This document shows, one piece after another, positions 1-10,576 of a stretch of DNA of 64,000 bases (its first letter is position 1; every line of letters starts with the position of its first letter). Location: positions 1-64,000 of the IMG/VR virus record IMGVR_UViG_3300031227_000038; one strand, given 5' to 3'. The notes beneath the pieces are model-generated. The model was not told the DNA's origin. It saw only the letters and a list, made by a program, of their open reading frames with translations, and did not search any database. Origin of the DNA: a virus. Made by a program: the position numbers and the translations under genes.

Positions 1-1739
1 CTGTAATTACCAGATTCAGAATGGCCAGAGCCATGCGCATATTTATCATTTGCTACAGGTGTCAGAGGAACAATACTTTGTCCCTTAGGAAGAATACAAA
101 CTCCTCCTGCATGAATACCTATGTTAGATAGGTTCTTAATTAATAAGTTAAACATATAGTGAAGATTATAGTTAGGAAATTTATTATTAAAATGTTGTTC
201 TAAATCTTCTACTTCAGCTAATTCCATAAACGAATCAACATCATATTGATCAAGATTATATTTGTCAACTAAATCTGAAAAGTAGTATCCAGAAGAAACA
301 TAGTCTTTCTTTGGATATGTAATATTAAAAACCTTAAACATATAATTAATTAAATTTTTGAGACCTAACTTACTTTTATTAGCAACAACAGTAACGTCAC
401 TATTTGGATAGAGACTTTGAATAATATTTATTAGATCTTCTCTATTTGAGCAATCTACATCAATATCAGGATAATCAATTCTATCTTCACTAATAAATCT
501 TTCAAAAATCAAATTATATTTTATTGGATCTAGATTAGTAATATTTAACAAATAGGAAACCAAACTTGAAGCTGCTGAGCCACGACCTACACCAAATACA
601 ATTCCTTGTTTTCTACCCTCTTCAACAATTTCACTTACAGCTAAAAAATAGTCAATAAAATTTTTCTTGCGTAATAATTTTGTTTCATAAGCTAAACGTT
701 CCATATATTGTGTACGCTCTTCCACTGGAATAATACCATCTATTTTTTCATTCCAGCCACTATAAACAAGATCAGAAAACTTTTGTAATTTTTCTTCTTC
801 TGTACTATTATGATATGTGAACACTTGAGGTTGAAATAATTCTATCTCTTCTAATTCATCAAAAATATTAAGCGTTTCATTTATTGCTTCACTCATATCC
901 TCTTCTGTTATTCCAAATTCTTTAATTTCCAATGCTTCAAAAAACTCATCAGAATTTTTTAACCAAACTGAATAATGAAGATGGCCTACTTTAAGAAATT
1001 GCTCCAATGTTGTTTTCCAACCCATTGCTACAGCAACCGCTTGATATTTTACATCGTCTTTTTTAATTATATGAGCATCAGAAGTTACAATAGCTTTAAG
1101 ATCATATTTCTCTTTAAAAATTTTATTAGCACAATTTACTCTAAGTTGCTTATCCGTATCATCTAAGTATACTTGGTATTCAATATAAGTATTTTCTTTA
1201 CCAAATATTTCCATTATTTTAATGAGATTTTCATGAGCAGCTCTAATATCGTTATTTTTAAGAATAGGCAGATTCCAATATCCACCAACGCAAGCTCCTG
1301 AACATTTTACGTTTCCTCTTTCGTCTCTAATTACTTCTTCTAATATATCTAATGTAACTACAGTAACTCGCTTTCCGCTTCTCATTTTAAGTATTTGCCC
1401 ACGTTGAATAGCTAAATTATTAATTTGAATTATTTGCTCATAACCTCTCTTGTTTACTCCAAATAAAACAAGATGACCTTTTTGATTTTCGCGTGGATTA
1501 TCAAAATTATATTTATCTTCAAGATATATTTCAACCGAAGGCATATATTTTAAATTATATTTTTTTGCTGCATTAAAAGTTTCCATCATTCCGTTTAGTG
1601 TACCGTGTTCAGATAATGATATTGCTTGTACATGTTGCTCTGGATTTTCGCTGATATATTTTGCTCACTGATCTGGAGTACCTACTCCATCATGTATTGA
1701 AAATGTACTATGATTATGTATGTTAAATATTTGTTTCAT
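1..1739 (-). CDS. dnaE: DNA polymerase III alpha subunit (DnaE), 5'-truncated by the window edge; the N-terminal PHP domain is present
   Basis: Minus-strand translation starts MKQIFNIHNHSTFSIHDGVGTPDQ(W)AKY, a PHP HxH..DG motif. A GVGRGSAASSLVSYLLNIT-like pol III motif lies further in. There is no >=60 aa standard-code ORF because in-frame TGA codons, read as Trp, interrupt it. Confidence 0.75.
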
Positions 1740-1742
1740 TAT

Positions 1743-2156
1743 TAATTGTTCCTTTTTAAAAAATATAACTTCTTTATCCTCGAGTATTAACTGAGTATTA
1801 TTCATTAAGTGAGTCACATATCGAACCTCTGCTCTATCTCATTTTCGCATTTCAGTAATTCCAGATACTTGATCTGGTTCGTATCAATTGTGAAATCTCT
1901 TATCCTTTGCTCAATTAATAGTTCTTTTCATGATCTCTGCTTCAATTTTTAATGCTTGATCTTCATTTTCAACAGTAATTGTCTTTATAATTTTAGTTAT
2001 TGGAAATGTTTTTATAATAGGATTGGGCTCATCAGCACCTGCATATCGTAATCGTATAAGAGCATTATCAAATTGAGTAATACCTATTTTATATACACAA
2101 TAAGGTCAACCTGGAAGTTGACCTCTTTCGAGTCTTGCTAAATATACCTTATACAT
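1743..2156 (-). CDS. T5orf172/GIY-YIG-like domain (MYKVYLARLERGQLPGWPYCVYKIGITQFDNALIRLRY...), in frame with and directly upstream of dnaE with no stop codon between them
   Basis: Codon-by-codon translation from the ATG at 2154-2156 runs without a stop (3 TGA read as Trp) into the DnaE ATG at 1737-1739. The YKIGIT..RL motif is typical of the T5orf172/MUG113 family. This is either a fusion or a separate gene whose stop has been lost. Confidence 0.4.
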
Positions 2157-2427
2157 AAAGTCCTTCAGCGAATAAGTATAGATTTGAAGCTATTATATCT
2201 AGCCCTATAGTACTATTAGTACTTTTAACTTTTTTCAAAAAAAGCGCTTGCTTACCTTTGTATGCGAAGTCATTTATGATTTTAATAACCATTGTGCGCT
2301 TTTTTTCTATATCATGTTCATTATAGATCAACTGCATATCATCTTTTGAAATCTTATTTGCATGTGAACTTACATATTTTAACTTTCTTTCTGCTTTAAA
2401 ATCCTGCACCTGTGTTCTTTCTCTCAT
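2149..2427 (-). CDS. hypothetical protein (MRERTQVQDF...)
   Basis: ORF downstream of the conserved promoter/RBS cassette. The true ATG follows GGAGGTTATTAAG. Confidence 0.5.
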   Translation of the reverse strand: MRERTQVQDFKAERKLKYVSSHANKISKDDMQLIYNEHDIEKKRTMVIKIINDFAYKGKQALFLKKVKSTNSTIGLDIIASNLYLFAEGLYV

Positions 2428-2454
2428 TTTAATAACCTCCAAGTTATATTTTTT

Positions 2455-2505
2455 TAATCTTACATATATATATAATATAAGCAAATTACAAAAAATAGTA
2501 ACTAC
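2455..2505 (-). promoter_or_regulatory. Conserved promoter/5'UTR/RBS cassette (one of about 19 copies). Other cores at about 12086, 16605, 19115, 21445, 27404, 30334, 31996, 34885, 36773, 39229, 41948, 45125, 49987, 53609, 54466, 57438 and 60234
   Basis: Plus-strand text CCTCCAAGTTAT...TATATAATATAA...AAATTACAAAAAATAGTAAC recurs almost verbatim before minus-strand genes. Confidence 0.7.
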
Positions 2506-2509
2506 TTTT

Positions 2510-3460
2510 TTATTTTAATTCTCGCCCTGCTGTCATTATTGCAGTAGCCATTATATCGTCTGAATGAATAGATTCATGATTGTTAACTATAATAGAATAG
2601 TCTAATATTCTGTTATCTAATTCTTTATCTAATTCAAAAGCTATATTTCTAACAATGTCTTCTACAAACATTGGACCACCGCCAGTATCTACAAATTTCT
2701 TATTCTCATCATAATACCCACCCATATAAGACCTTTCAGTTACATATTTCTCGTCTCCTCTTTTAAGAGTTGATCATGTAGGAGATGATACATTTTCTCT
2801 AATAATTTCCATTATATCTTCGATTCACATTGTTCTTCCTTCTATAAATTCAAATGTAACCTCAATTGTAGATTTTTGATTATGTGCTCCAAAGCCAGCA
2901 TTGTTTATTTTATTAAGTAATACCGGAGGAAATTGAGCATGTTGTATAAGTAAACTCTCAGTCATTGTCAGGTTATTTTTTAATAATGACATTTCTTTGC
3001 TACAAGGACATAATGACATCTCAGTAGTTTTAACTGTAATGTAGTTGAATAATTTATCATCTTTTAGTTTACTCTCAAATGTAATATTGACCGGCTCTAT
3101 TGACGATACCTTTTCAATTGGAGATAATGTATCATATAAATATTCAAAATTTGCCTTAATATAAATATCAGTTGCTCCATGAGCCTCTTGAAGCGCATAT
3201 ACAAAATCATTTAAATTTGTAAATCCATCTTTATTTCTCTGCAACACTTCATTAATTGCTCTGCTAATGCGAGACATATTTATCCCTTTAACATCTTCTA
3301 CAAGATTACAGTAGCTTGAAATTGTTGCTATTGTACTGAAGCTTTTTGAATTACCTTTCTGGAATATATGAAAGGGAACTTTGATTCCTCTCACTCCAAC
3401 TTTCTCTATTGGAAGCTTTTTAAATCCAGTTGTGTTTTGTTGTACGTCGGGTAAACTCAT
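2510..3460 (-). CDS. folE2: GTP cyclohydrolase I type 2 (FolE2/MptA-like)
   Basis: N-terminus is MSLPDVQQNT...VGVRGIKVP, a FolE2-like pattern. The ORFs 2825..3460 and 2510..2725 share a frame and are joined through two in-frame TGA codons (2825-2827 and 2774-2776), giving ...EGRTM-W-IEDIMEIIRENVSSPT-W-STLKRGDEKYVTERSYMGGYYDE... Confidence 0.65.
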
Positions 3461-3466
3461 TTAATT

Positions 3467-3994
3467 CTATACTCCTATTATATCTTTTATTTTTTTCATT
3501 CTTTCCTCTACCGTTCCAATAATTGTATGTACATTGGTTACATTATTTCGACCAATATAGTTGTGAAAAACTTCATGAGTCTTTAGTTGAAACTCTTCAT
3601 CTAAACTCCGGAAACCATCATCAACTATTTTGAACTCTGGTGGAAAGTAAAAGACGTAATCAATCTTTTCCATTTCCCTTTCCCATAGATTATGTATATA
3701 GTTAAAAATCCAATATTCAATGTTATCTTCCAATAAGTGAGTGTAAACAAGACAATCCAATATACACCTATCCAGAACTACATTCTTTTTGAATCCGTTA
3801 AAATAATGAGCGTTAGCAATCATCAACTGAGTGTCTCCGTTTCCTTGTTCATTAATTTGAATTCCATATTTTTTATGTAAATTTCTGACAATTTCTTCTA
3901 CAAATTCGTAATTACTAAATTCAGGCAATTTTTTCATTGCCTTCAATATTGTAGATTTTCCAACACTCTGGGCACCGGATAATGCTATTCTCAT
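3467..3994 (-). CDS. P-loop NTPase/kinase (GAQSVGKST Walker A; NadR/AAA_28-like)
   Basis: MRIALSGAQSVGKSTILKAM. It sits inside the deazaguanine cluster and its function is unknown. Confidence 0.45.
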   Translation of the reverse strand: MRIALSGAQSVGKSTILKAMKKLPEFSNYEFVEEIVRNLHKKYGIQINEQGNGDTQLMIANAHYFNGFKKNVVLDRCILDCLVYTHLLEDNIEYWIFNYIHNLWEREMEKIDYVFYFPPEFKIVDDGFRSLDEEFQLKTHEVFHNYIGRNNVTNVHTIIGTVEERMKKIKDIIGV

Positions 3995-4828
3995 TTATGT
4001 TTCCTTTAATAATTTAACAATATTTTTATTGAAGTATTTGTTTAAATAATAATCAATTTTATCGTCAAATTTAATTTCTTCCTTTACCCAGTTACAGCCA
4101 AAAACTGGATTAATTATTTTACTAACTATTGATAATAATATTCTTGAATTAGAACGTGGTATGTATTTTGCCACGTCTATTTTATTATTTTTCAAAAATT
4201 TATTAATATATGTATGTGGTTTTATCTCAACATCATTAATATATAAATTATCTTTTTTTGTAAAGACATTAAGAAATTCTACTTTATTTCTCTTATAAAG
4301 AATTATAATTTTATTGTCATCTTGTATTTTTAAATGTTTAAAATATGTTGGCTTATTATAATAATTTACAAACCTTCTTAAAAGCCCTATTTGAGTCCCC
4401 ATACCTGATTTTTCATTAAAAATCATAATAATATTTTTATCATAAAAAACTTTTTGTAAAAAAGTAAAATATCTAATGTCACCAATATAATATACATTTT
4501 TTGCAGTTTTAAGAATTGGAGAATGTTTATATGCATTTTCTCTATGTTTGATTATAAAAGTTTCATCGATTAATTTACAATTAGGCGTTATCATATCATA
4601 ATAACCACACAATGTTGTTGCAGAAACAATCCCTGGACCTGATGGTGTGACGTAGTAGTAATTATTTTTACCCGCGACTAAATTTATAAAATCTTGTCTT
4701 GCATTATGAAATGCTCCTTTGTAAAGTTTATGTAACGGCACATCATATTCAAAATGATATTTAACCTTCCCACAGGTCATCATAAATACAGTATCATTAT
4801 TAAGTAGTTTTATATCATTAATGTTCAT
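3995..4828 (-). CDS. hypothetical 277-aa protein inside the 7-deazaguanine cluster
   Basis: Intact ORF with no recognisable motif. Its position suggests a pathway accessory protein. Confidence 0.5.
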   Translation of the reverse strand: MNINDIKLLNNDTVFMMTCGKVKYHFEYDVPLHKLYKGAFHNARQDFINLVAGKNNYYYVTPSGPGIVSATTLCGYYDMITPNCKLIDETFIIKHRENAYKHSPILKTAKNVYYIGDIRYFTFLQKVFYDKNIIMIFNEKSGMGTQIGLLRRFVNYYNKPTYFKHLKIQDDNKIIILYKRNKVEFLNVFTKKDNLYINDVEIKPHTYINKFLKNNKIDVAKYIPRSNSRILLSIVSKIINPVFGCNWVKEEIKFDDKIDYYLNKYFNKNIVKLLKET

Positions 4829-5618
4829 TTATACTCCAAATCTTTCTGAATTGTTCAATGTTATATTGTATGTCATTCCATTGTTCTCTATCAACTTTTT
4901 TATCAAAGATATCAACCATTTTTATTTTATTCTTTGTAAATAAGCCTTTTTGTTCTTGATATTTAATATTTAGTATACCGTGAATGATAGGGTTTGATGT
5001 ATCAACGGATTCTATCCAATCAAATTGTTTGTAAAACTTACCTGCTTGAGGTAATACACAACCTAATATGTGATGCTTTATATTTGTATTAATGATACCA
5101 TCTTCAACCATTTTTTGGATCAAATCCATTCTACCAGTCATTCTACCAAAATCAAGTCCAATATCTCCTTGCATGCAAAAATCATCATACACTTTATCAA
5201 CAAAATTAAAAGCTATTTTATCAGCATTTCGTTCCATATATTGATAACACTTAACCATTTCTTCATATGTCTTTCCATGGACTACTCCTATTTTATTTCC
5301 TGGTAGATCTCCATGATTCTCTATCCAACTCTCAAACTGTGCAATAGTTCCATCACAATCCTCTAAAACGTCTGGAACTATATAATCAGTCGGATTTAAT
5401 GTGTGAATCCATTGTGAAAACTCTTCTGCATCAAAAGCGGTACCAAGTTCAAATATACTATTATCTAAAATAACGCGTCTTCCTAATTTCAATGACTCTT
5501 CAAAAAAATTATAATATTTGCCATTACTATCAAATAGATGAACTAGAGCATAATCATAATCATTATATTTTCTACTCTCTTCTAATAAGCATAACGGTGA
5601 TTCGTGTGATATTTGCAT
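4818..5618 (-). CDS. dpdA: tRNA-guanine transglycosylase-like protein, candidate DpdA (DNA 7-deazaguanine transglycosylase)
   Basis: ILDNSIFELG resembles the TGT LDSGGFQ region and GVVHGKT resembles GIVQGG. It lies next to queC/queD/queE/folE2. The call is an inference. Confidence 0.4.
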   Translation of the reverse strand: MQISHESPLCLLEESRKYNDYDYALVHLFDSNGKYYNFFEESLKLGRRVILDNSIFELGTAFDAEEFSQWIHTLNPTDYIVPDVLEDCDGTIAQFESWIENHGDLPGNKIGVVHGKTYEEMVKCYQYMERNADKIAFNFVDKVYDDFCMQGDIGLDFGRMTGRMDLIQKMVEDGIINTNIKHHILGCVLPQAGKFYKQFDWIESVDTSNPIIHGILNIKYQEQKGLFTKNKIKMVDIFDKKVDREQWNDIQYNIEQFRKIWSINEH

Positions 5619-5787
5619 AAATTTATTTTCCTTCTTTCTTTTAATTATAATAAAATAATGCCCTTTCTTATACTACAATGATAATATAAAAGAAAAGGCA
5701 AAAATAGTAAGTTATTTATTATAAAAATTTAGCTATTTAGTCAACCAATCACTCATACAAACTCTCATAATAAGTTACAGCTTTAAT

Positions 5788-6456
5788 TCAATCTTGTAAC
5801 TCATATAGAGGATCGATTTCATCGTTATCTAAAAACGCCTCTGTACGTTCGACGCAGGTGCCGCATTTTCCACAAGGACTCTCTTCACCACGATAACAGC
5901 TCCAAGTTAGCTCATATGGAACATCTAATTCAAATCCCAATTCACATATATCACTCTTACTCATATTTATAAATGGCGCCATTAACTTAACTCTATTATA
6001 TGTTCCTTCACACGCAGCGGATTTAAACGCATCAATAAATGATTTACGACAATCTGGATAAACTGCGTGATCACCTGCATGATTTCCTAAGAAAATTGAG
6101 CCAATGTCATTTGCTTCTGCATATGCCGTTAGTACTGATAAAAGTATTCCATTTCTAAATGGAACTACAGTAGATTTCATATTATCTTTAGCATAATGAC
6201 CTTCGGGTATCTCATCTGCTCCTGAAGTTAAGCTACTGTTAGAGATCTTATTTAAAAAATCTAATTTAATAATTTCAAACGGTACCCCGAGCTCTTCACA
6301 TTGTAGTTTTGCAAACCCTAGTTCCTTCTTATGATTTTGTCCATAGTCAAATGCTATAGCTTTCATATCATAGCCGAGATCAATGATAGCGTGATACAAT
6401 AATGTCGTACTATCCATTCCACCAGATAATGCTATTAGTCCTTTTTTCTTTTCCAT
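5788..6456 (-). CDS. queC: 7-cyano-7-deazaguanine synthase QueC
   Basis: LIALSGGMDSTT PP-loop, and a C-terminal CGKCGTC zinc motif. Confidence 0.9.
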   Translation of the reverse strand: MEKKKGLIALSGGMDSTTLLYHAIIDLGYDMKAIAFDYGQNHKKELGFAKLQCEELGVPFEIIKLDFLNKISNSSLTSGADEIPEGHYAKDNMKSTVVPFRNGILLSVLTAYAEANDIGSIFLGNHAGDHAVYPDCRKSFIDAFKSAACEGTYNRVKLMAPFINMSKSDICELGFELDVPYELTWSCYRGEESPCGKCGTCVERTEAFLDNDEIDPLYELQD

Positions 6457-6966
6457 TTATTTTTCCTTTTTATCTTTTATAATAACTTCACTATCAATTA
6501 TTTCATCTGAGCTTCCAAATCCGTTTTCTCCACGAATTGTTTCCACTTCATTAAATTCCTCTTCCGTAATTTCAGTGAATGTAAACCCAGGTACTCTATG
6601 TACTTTACATTGTACAATAGCTTTTCCTTTGAGAATAGAAATATCTTCTTTCCCCAAATTATACATTTTTACAGATAAGGGTCCTTTATATCCAGCATCA
6701 ATAATTCCCGGATGAACTCTCAAATCATATTTGATACCGTGGCCACTTCTGGTTGCAAATTCAATATATCAACCTTCAGGAATTAATACTCTTAATCCGT
6801 TTGGTATCATAGCACTTTCGCCTGCGGGAATTACGGTATTTCTAATCGCTATTAAATCAAAGCAAGCACTAGTGCCTTCATAAGCTACACACGGCATAAC
6901 AGCTCTTTTATCTTCTCTTCAAAATTTAAGTTCTAACTCTCTTCAAATTACTACATTATCTATCAT
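6457..6966 (-). CDS. dut: dUTPase
   Basis: Motifs TRSGHGIKY and HPGIIDAGYKG are present. The ORF extends upstream of the listed 88-aa piece through three in-frame TGA codons (IWRE, KFWRED, EGWYIE) to the ATG at 6964-6966. Confidence 0.8.
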
Positions 6967-7109
6967 CTACTAACTCCTCAACAATTCCTAAAAACTCAGA
7001 GCCTATTAATATAATAACTCCAACTGTAATGCTAAATATAAGCGCTACATATCCGAATCCTCTTAACATTGATTTAGCCATGCTAACATCAAAATGATTT
7101 ATCTTCATA

Positions 7110-7772
7110 CTATACTCCTCTTTTATCGTTCCATATAGAGACCTGGATTCTTGGACTATAATTCCAGCCATTTTCTAGCGCCCATTTAATTACCTGTTTG
7201 TTTTTCAATTGTTGAGATTCTGCAGTTATGCCTTCTGGCATTAAGTATATTTGACTTTTGTTAACTTCATACTCTAGATCATCTAATAAACTTTTTATTT
7301 CTTCAATATCTTCTTCTTTATCAACTACAAACTTAAGTATACTATTGTCCCAATAACCACCGTAGGTCTCTAGTACATTTAAATTTATTCTCTTTTCATA
7401 AGGTTCACCAGAATTGCTTAGTTTTGGAGATACGTTGTAATAAATAAAATCGTCAAATACTGCCGGCATAATTGTACCATTAGTTTCAATTTCTATATGA
7501 AAGTCTACAGGTAACTCTCCAATTAGTTTAGTAATCTCTTCCTTTTGTAAAAGAGGCTCTCCGCCAGTAATTACTATACCGTTTGCAGCTTTCAATCTAA
7601 TATATTCAACAATTTTATCTACACTAATATTAGCACCTTCATTCCAACTGTAAGTAGAATCGCAAAAGTTGCATTTCAAATTACATTTTGCTAATCTTAA
7701 AAATACAACATTCATTCCAACAGATTGAGATTCGCCTTGAATTGAATGAAACATTTCAATATATTTAAACAT
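7110..7772 (-). CDS. queE: 7-carboxy-7-deazaguanine synthase QueE (radical SAM)
   Basis: CNLKCNFCDS cluster motif, and ITGGEPLL. Confidence 0.85.
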   Translation of the reverse strand: MFKYIEMFHSIQGESQSVGMNVVFLRLAKCNLKCNFCDSTYSWNEGANISVDKIVEYIRLKAANGIVITGGEPLLQKEEITKLIGELPVDFHIEIETNGTIMPAVFDDFIYYNVSPKLSNSGEPYEKRINLNVLETYGGYWDNSILKFVVDKEEDIEEIKSLLDDLEYEVNKSQIYLMPEGITAESQQLKNKQVIKWALENGWNYSPRIQVSIWNDKRGV

Positions 7773-8145
7773 TAAAATCTCCATATTGACAATATGTCTC
7801 TTTCCCAACTGCAGTTTCGTATACTCTTACTACGAACTGTAACATTGGATTTTCGCTTACTAATTCTTTATAAAATTGTATACACAAATTTTCTGCAGTT
7901 GCATTTTTTTTATCAAATGGTGGAATTTCATTAATAAATTGATGATCATATTTTTCATGTAATTGTTTTATATTACCGAAATCGAATAATATTCCAACTT
8001 CATCTCTCTGGTCTACATTACCTTCAATCCAAATTGATATTTTCCAAGAGTGTCCATGCATATTACTACACTTGCCGTCATATCCTCTTAGCTGATGGCA
8101 ACTGTCAAGAATTGTCTCTGTATAAAGTCTTAATTTTTTTTGCAT
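7765..8145 (-). CDS. queD: 6-carboxy-5,6,7,8-tetrahydropterin synthase QueD
   Basis: CSNMHGHSW, the CxxxHGH zinc motif. Confidence 0.85.
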   Translation of the reverse strand: MQKKLRLYTETILDSCHQLRGYDGKCSNMHGHSWKISIWIEGNVDQRDEVGILFDFGNIKQLHEKYDHQFINEIPPFDKKNATAENLCIQFYKELVSENPMLQFVVRVYETAVGKETYCQYGDFNV

Positions 8146-8154
8146 TCTTTTTTC

Positions 8155-8396
8155 CCTAATCTTCTAATGGATTAATACTTCTATTTATATGTCCACAATT
8201 GGCACATTTATATACCTGAATTGGGAATATTTTATCTTTTGCTAACTTACTTTGTAGCTTACTTACCTTCACTAAAATAAATGCTGGATATCATACATCA
8301 TGTTCACACTCTTCACATCCTACAACTTCACCTTGTTTTGCTAATTCTTGAAAATTAGCTGTCGGGTTCTTAAATAAATCGTTTTGTTCCATTCAA
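8155..8396 (-). CDS. small zinc-ribbon protein (CxxC..CxxC)
   Basis: Manual translation: MEQNDLFKNPTANFQELAKQGEVVGCEECEHDV(W)YPAF...CANCGH. It contains one TGA and ends with TAG. Confidence 0.45.
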
Positions 8397-8403
8397 AGTC
8401 CTT

Positions 8404-8642
8404 TTTCCTTAGTTTTCTATAATATGTTCAAATTTACTTGCTTTGTCAAGAAATGCTTGACCAGAATATCTACGCCCTTTCTCGTCAATTATTTCATATT
8501 CCAAGCGATAAATATTACCTGAGTTTACAATACCTTGAAATATTTGTCATCCCTCTTCGGCTAACATTGTGTTGCCTAAGGTTACGCTTCCTATGATTGC
8601 AGGTCGTCTTTTCTCTCCATCAATTACTAAATAATACGTCAT
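8404..8642 (-). CDS. hypothetical 79-aa protein (MTYYLVIDGEKRRP...)
   Basis: Manual translation; contains one TGA read as Trp. Confidence 0.4.
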
Positions 8643-9383
8643 TGTTTTTCTTTTTTTTCCTTTTATTTTAAATTAATTTCTTTTACAGTAACTGGAAATA
8701 CATAATTGCTTATGTTATCATTGTAAATCTCAATACTATCATTTCTACCTAAGTTTTCCAAAATTTTCCAATCATACATTGGTGGCGCGTATGCCATAAG
8801 TCTACTATACTGTTTAATAATCCATGGATCAACACCGTCAGTCCATATAATATCTCCTCCATTAATAACGCCCTTATTCATTCTTTTATTCATAATTTAC
8901 TTTTAAACTAATTGTTATAAAACTTATTCCAAAGTACTATAAATAGCTCAAATGCTCCTAGCGTTAGTAGTGATCCAATTAAAATTGCTAATATCTTTTT
9001 AACTATTACTAACCACGTTTCAATTGGTAATGTTATAAAAAATGCTATTAGAAATACTGCAATAGAAAGTGCAGCTAATGATACACAAATGGCTGCAGTC
9101 ATTGATAAATAAAAATCTACTTTATTTTTCATTCTCTATCTCCTCGTTTTCATTATCTGCTATTGTATTATCTCCATCTTTTATTAAAAAATAGAAAAGT
9201 GTTATAAGTCCACCTAATACTAGTACTAATATCCAACCAGTTCTAAATAAATATTCAAGTATGTATAATATAAATCCAACTACTGGTAGACAAAGTAGTG
9301 CAATAATTACTACAACTACTATAAATATAGTTGCTCGAATAATAACTGGTATTTTTCTATTTGATATAAACTTATATATTAGA

Positions 9384-9827
9384 TTACCTATCTTTTCCGA
9401 CATTTACTGTCTCCTTATCTTCTCTATAATAAAAGTATTTAAAATGTGGTGTAAATCCTTCATTTATTTTTTCATTCCAGATGCCTGGAAAAATCTTTGC
9501 TTTTTTTAAATAGCCTTGAATATTTTTAGCGCCAACCGGATTCATTGAATGAATAATTATATGTGTGTCAGCTGCCTTAGCTGTATCAAGTCCATTTATA
9601 TTTTCTGTTTGATACATCCATTTTGCTATATCAATTGCATCCCCGCCTGGTCCTAGATCATGATCAAAGAAAATAATATCATATTTATTTTCGCTAAGAT
9701 AATCAATTGCTTCTTCGACATTATTTGTGTATGTAAGTTTTTGTTTGAATTTAAAAGCATTCTTAAACTTAATCATTCTCTTTGAATCATCCTCTATGAT
9801 TAATATTAATCTTTCTCCATCAAGCAT
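9384..9827 (-). CDS. CheY-like receiver (REC) domain protein
   Basis: LILIIEDD...IIFFDHDLG, the acidic pocket and a phospho-acceptor Asp pattern. Confidence 0.55.
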   Translation of the reverse strand: MLDGERLILIIEDDSKRMIKFKNAFKFKQKLTYTNNVEEAIDYLSENKYDIIFFDHDLGPGGDAIDIAKWMYQTENINGLDTAKAADTHIIIHSMNPVGAKNIQGYLKKAKIFPGIWNEKINEGFTPHFKYFYYREDKETVNVGKDR

Positions 9828-10576
9828 AATTTCTCCTTAATAATAATAATATAATACTTTTATTCAAAATAGTAACTAAGTTCCATTAAAAAGTGAATAC
9901 ATTAAATAAAGTGCCCAAGTAATCATAGCCAACACTAAAACGCCTACGATGAATTTAAATAAAAATATAGGAAATGTGAAACCAATTATTACAACAGACG
10001 TAATTATAAAAGCTGTTAAGAGTGTATATAATACTGCTCTTTTATTAATATCATGTTTATTTAACTTTTCATTAATAAATGCTAATACGATCATTAATAC
10101 AATAGATATTTTCTTTAACCAATGCTTAATGATATTCATTTTTATTCTCTTTGTACATTTCATAGAGTCCCTCATATATTTGATATATAAAAAATCCGAA
10201 AAACGATACCAATATAGTTTGAGTAGTCCATAAGCACATACAGGCTATAAATATTGTAATTCCAATTAATATAGCAAATACTGCTATTAAAGCTTGTATA
10301 GCGGCAGTTTGATTTTCAAACCAATCATCTGCTATTTTTAACCAAGTTTTAAGGTAATCAAGCATTTTTCTCTTCTCCAGATTTTGTTCTCTTATCATTA
10401 TCTGCTTCTACTTTATAACACCATAACCAGATTCTTATCATAAGAGCTAAGATTGCGATCACTAACAAAGAAACTATTGTCCATTTCGCAATACAGAATA
10501 TTATGAGTCCTAGTATTATAGTTGCAATAACTGTATCTATCAATGCTCTAAACCTGCTTTTAATTCTGAATACCAT

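Noticed and set aside
975-1166. Plus-strand ORFs embedded antisense in minus-strand genes (975-1166, 5070-5306, 9261-9509, 11432-11662, 23230-23535, 26033-26242, 46575-46928, 52740-52931 and others)
   Set aside because: They are low-complexity, AT-driven antisense frames overlapping well-supported genes, with no RBS or promoter cassette.
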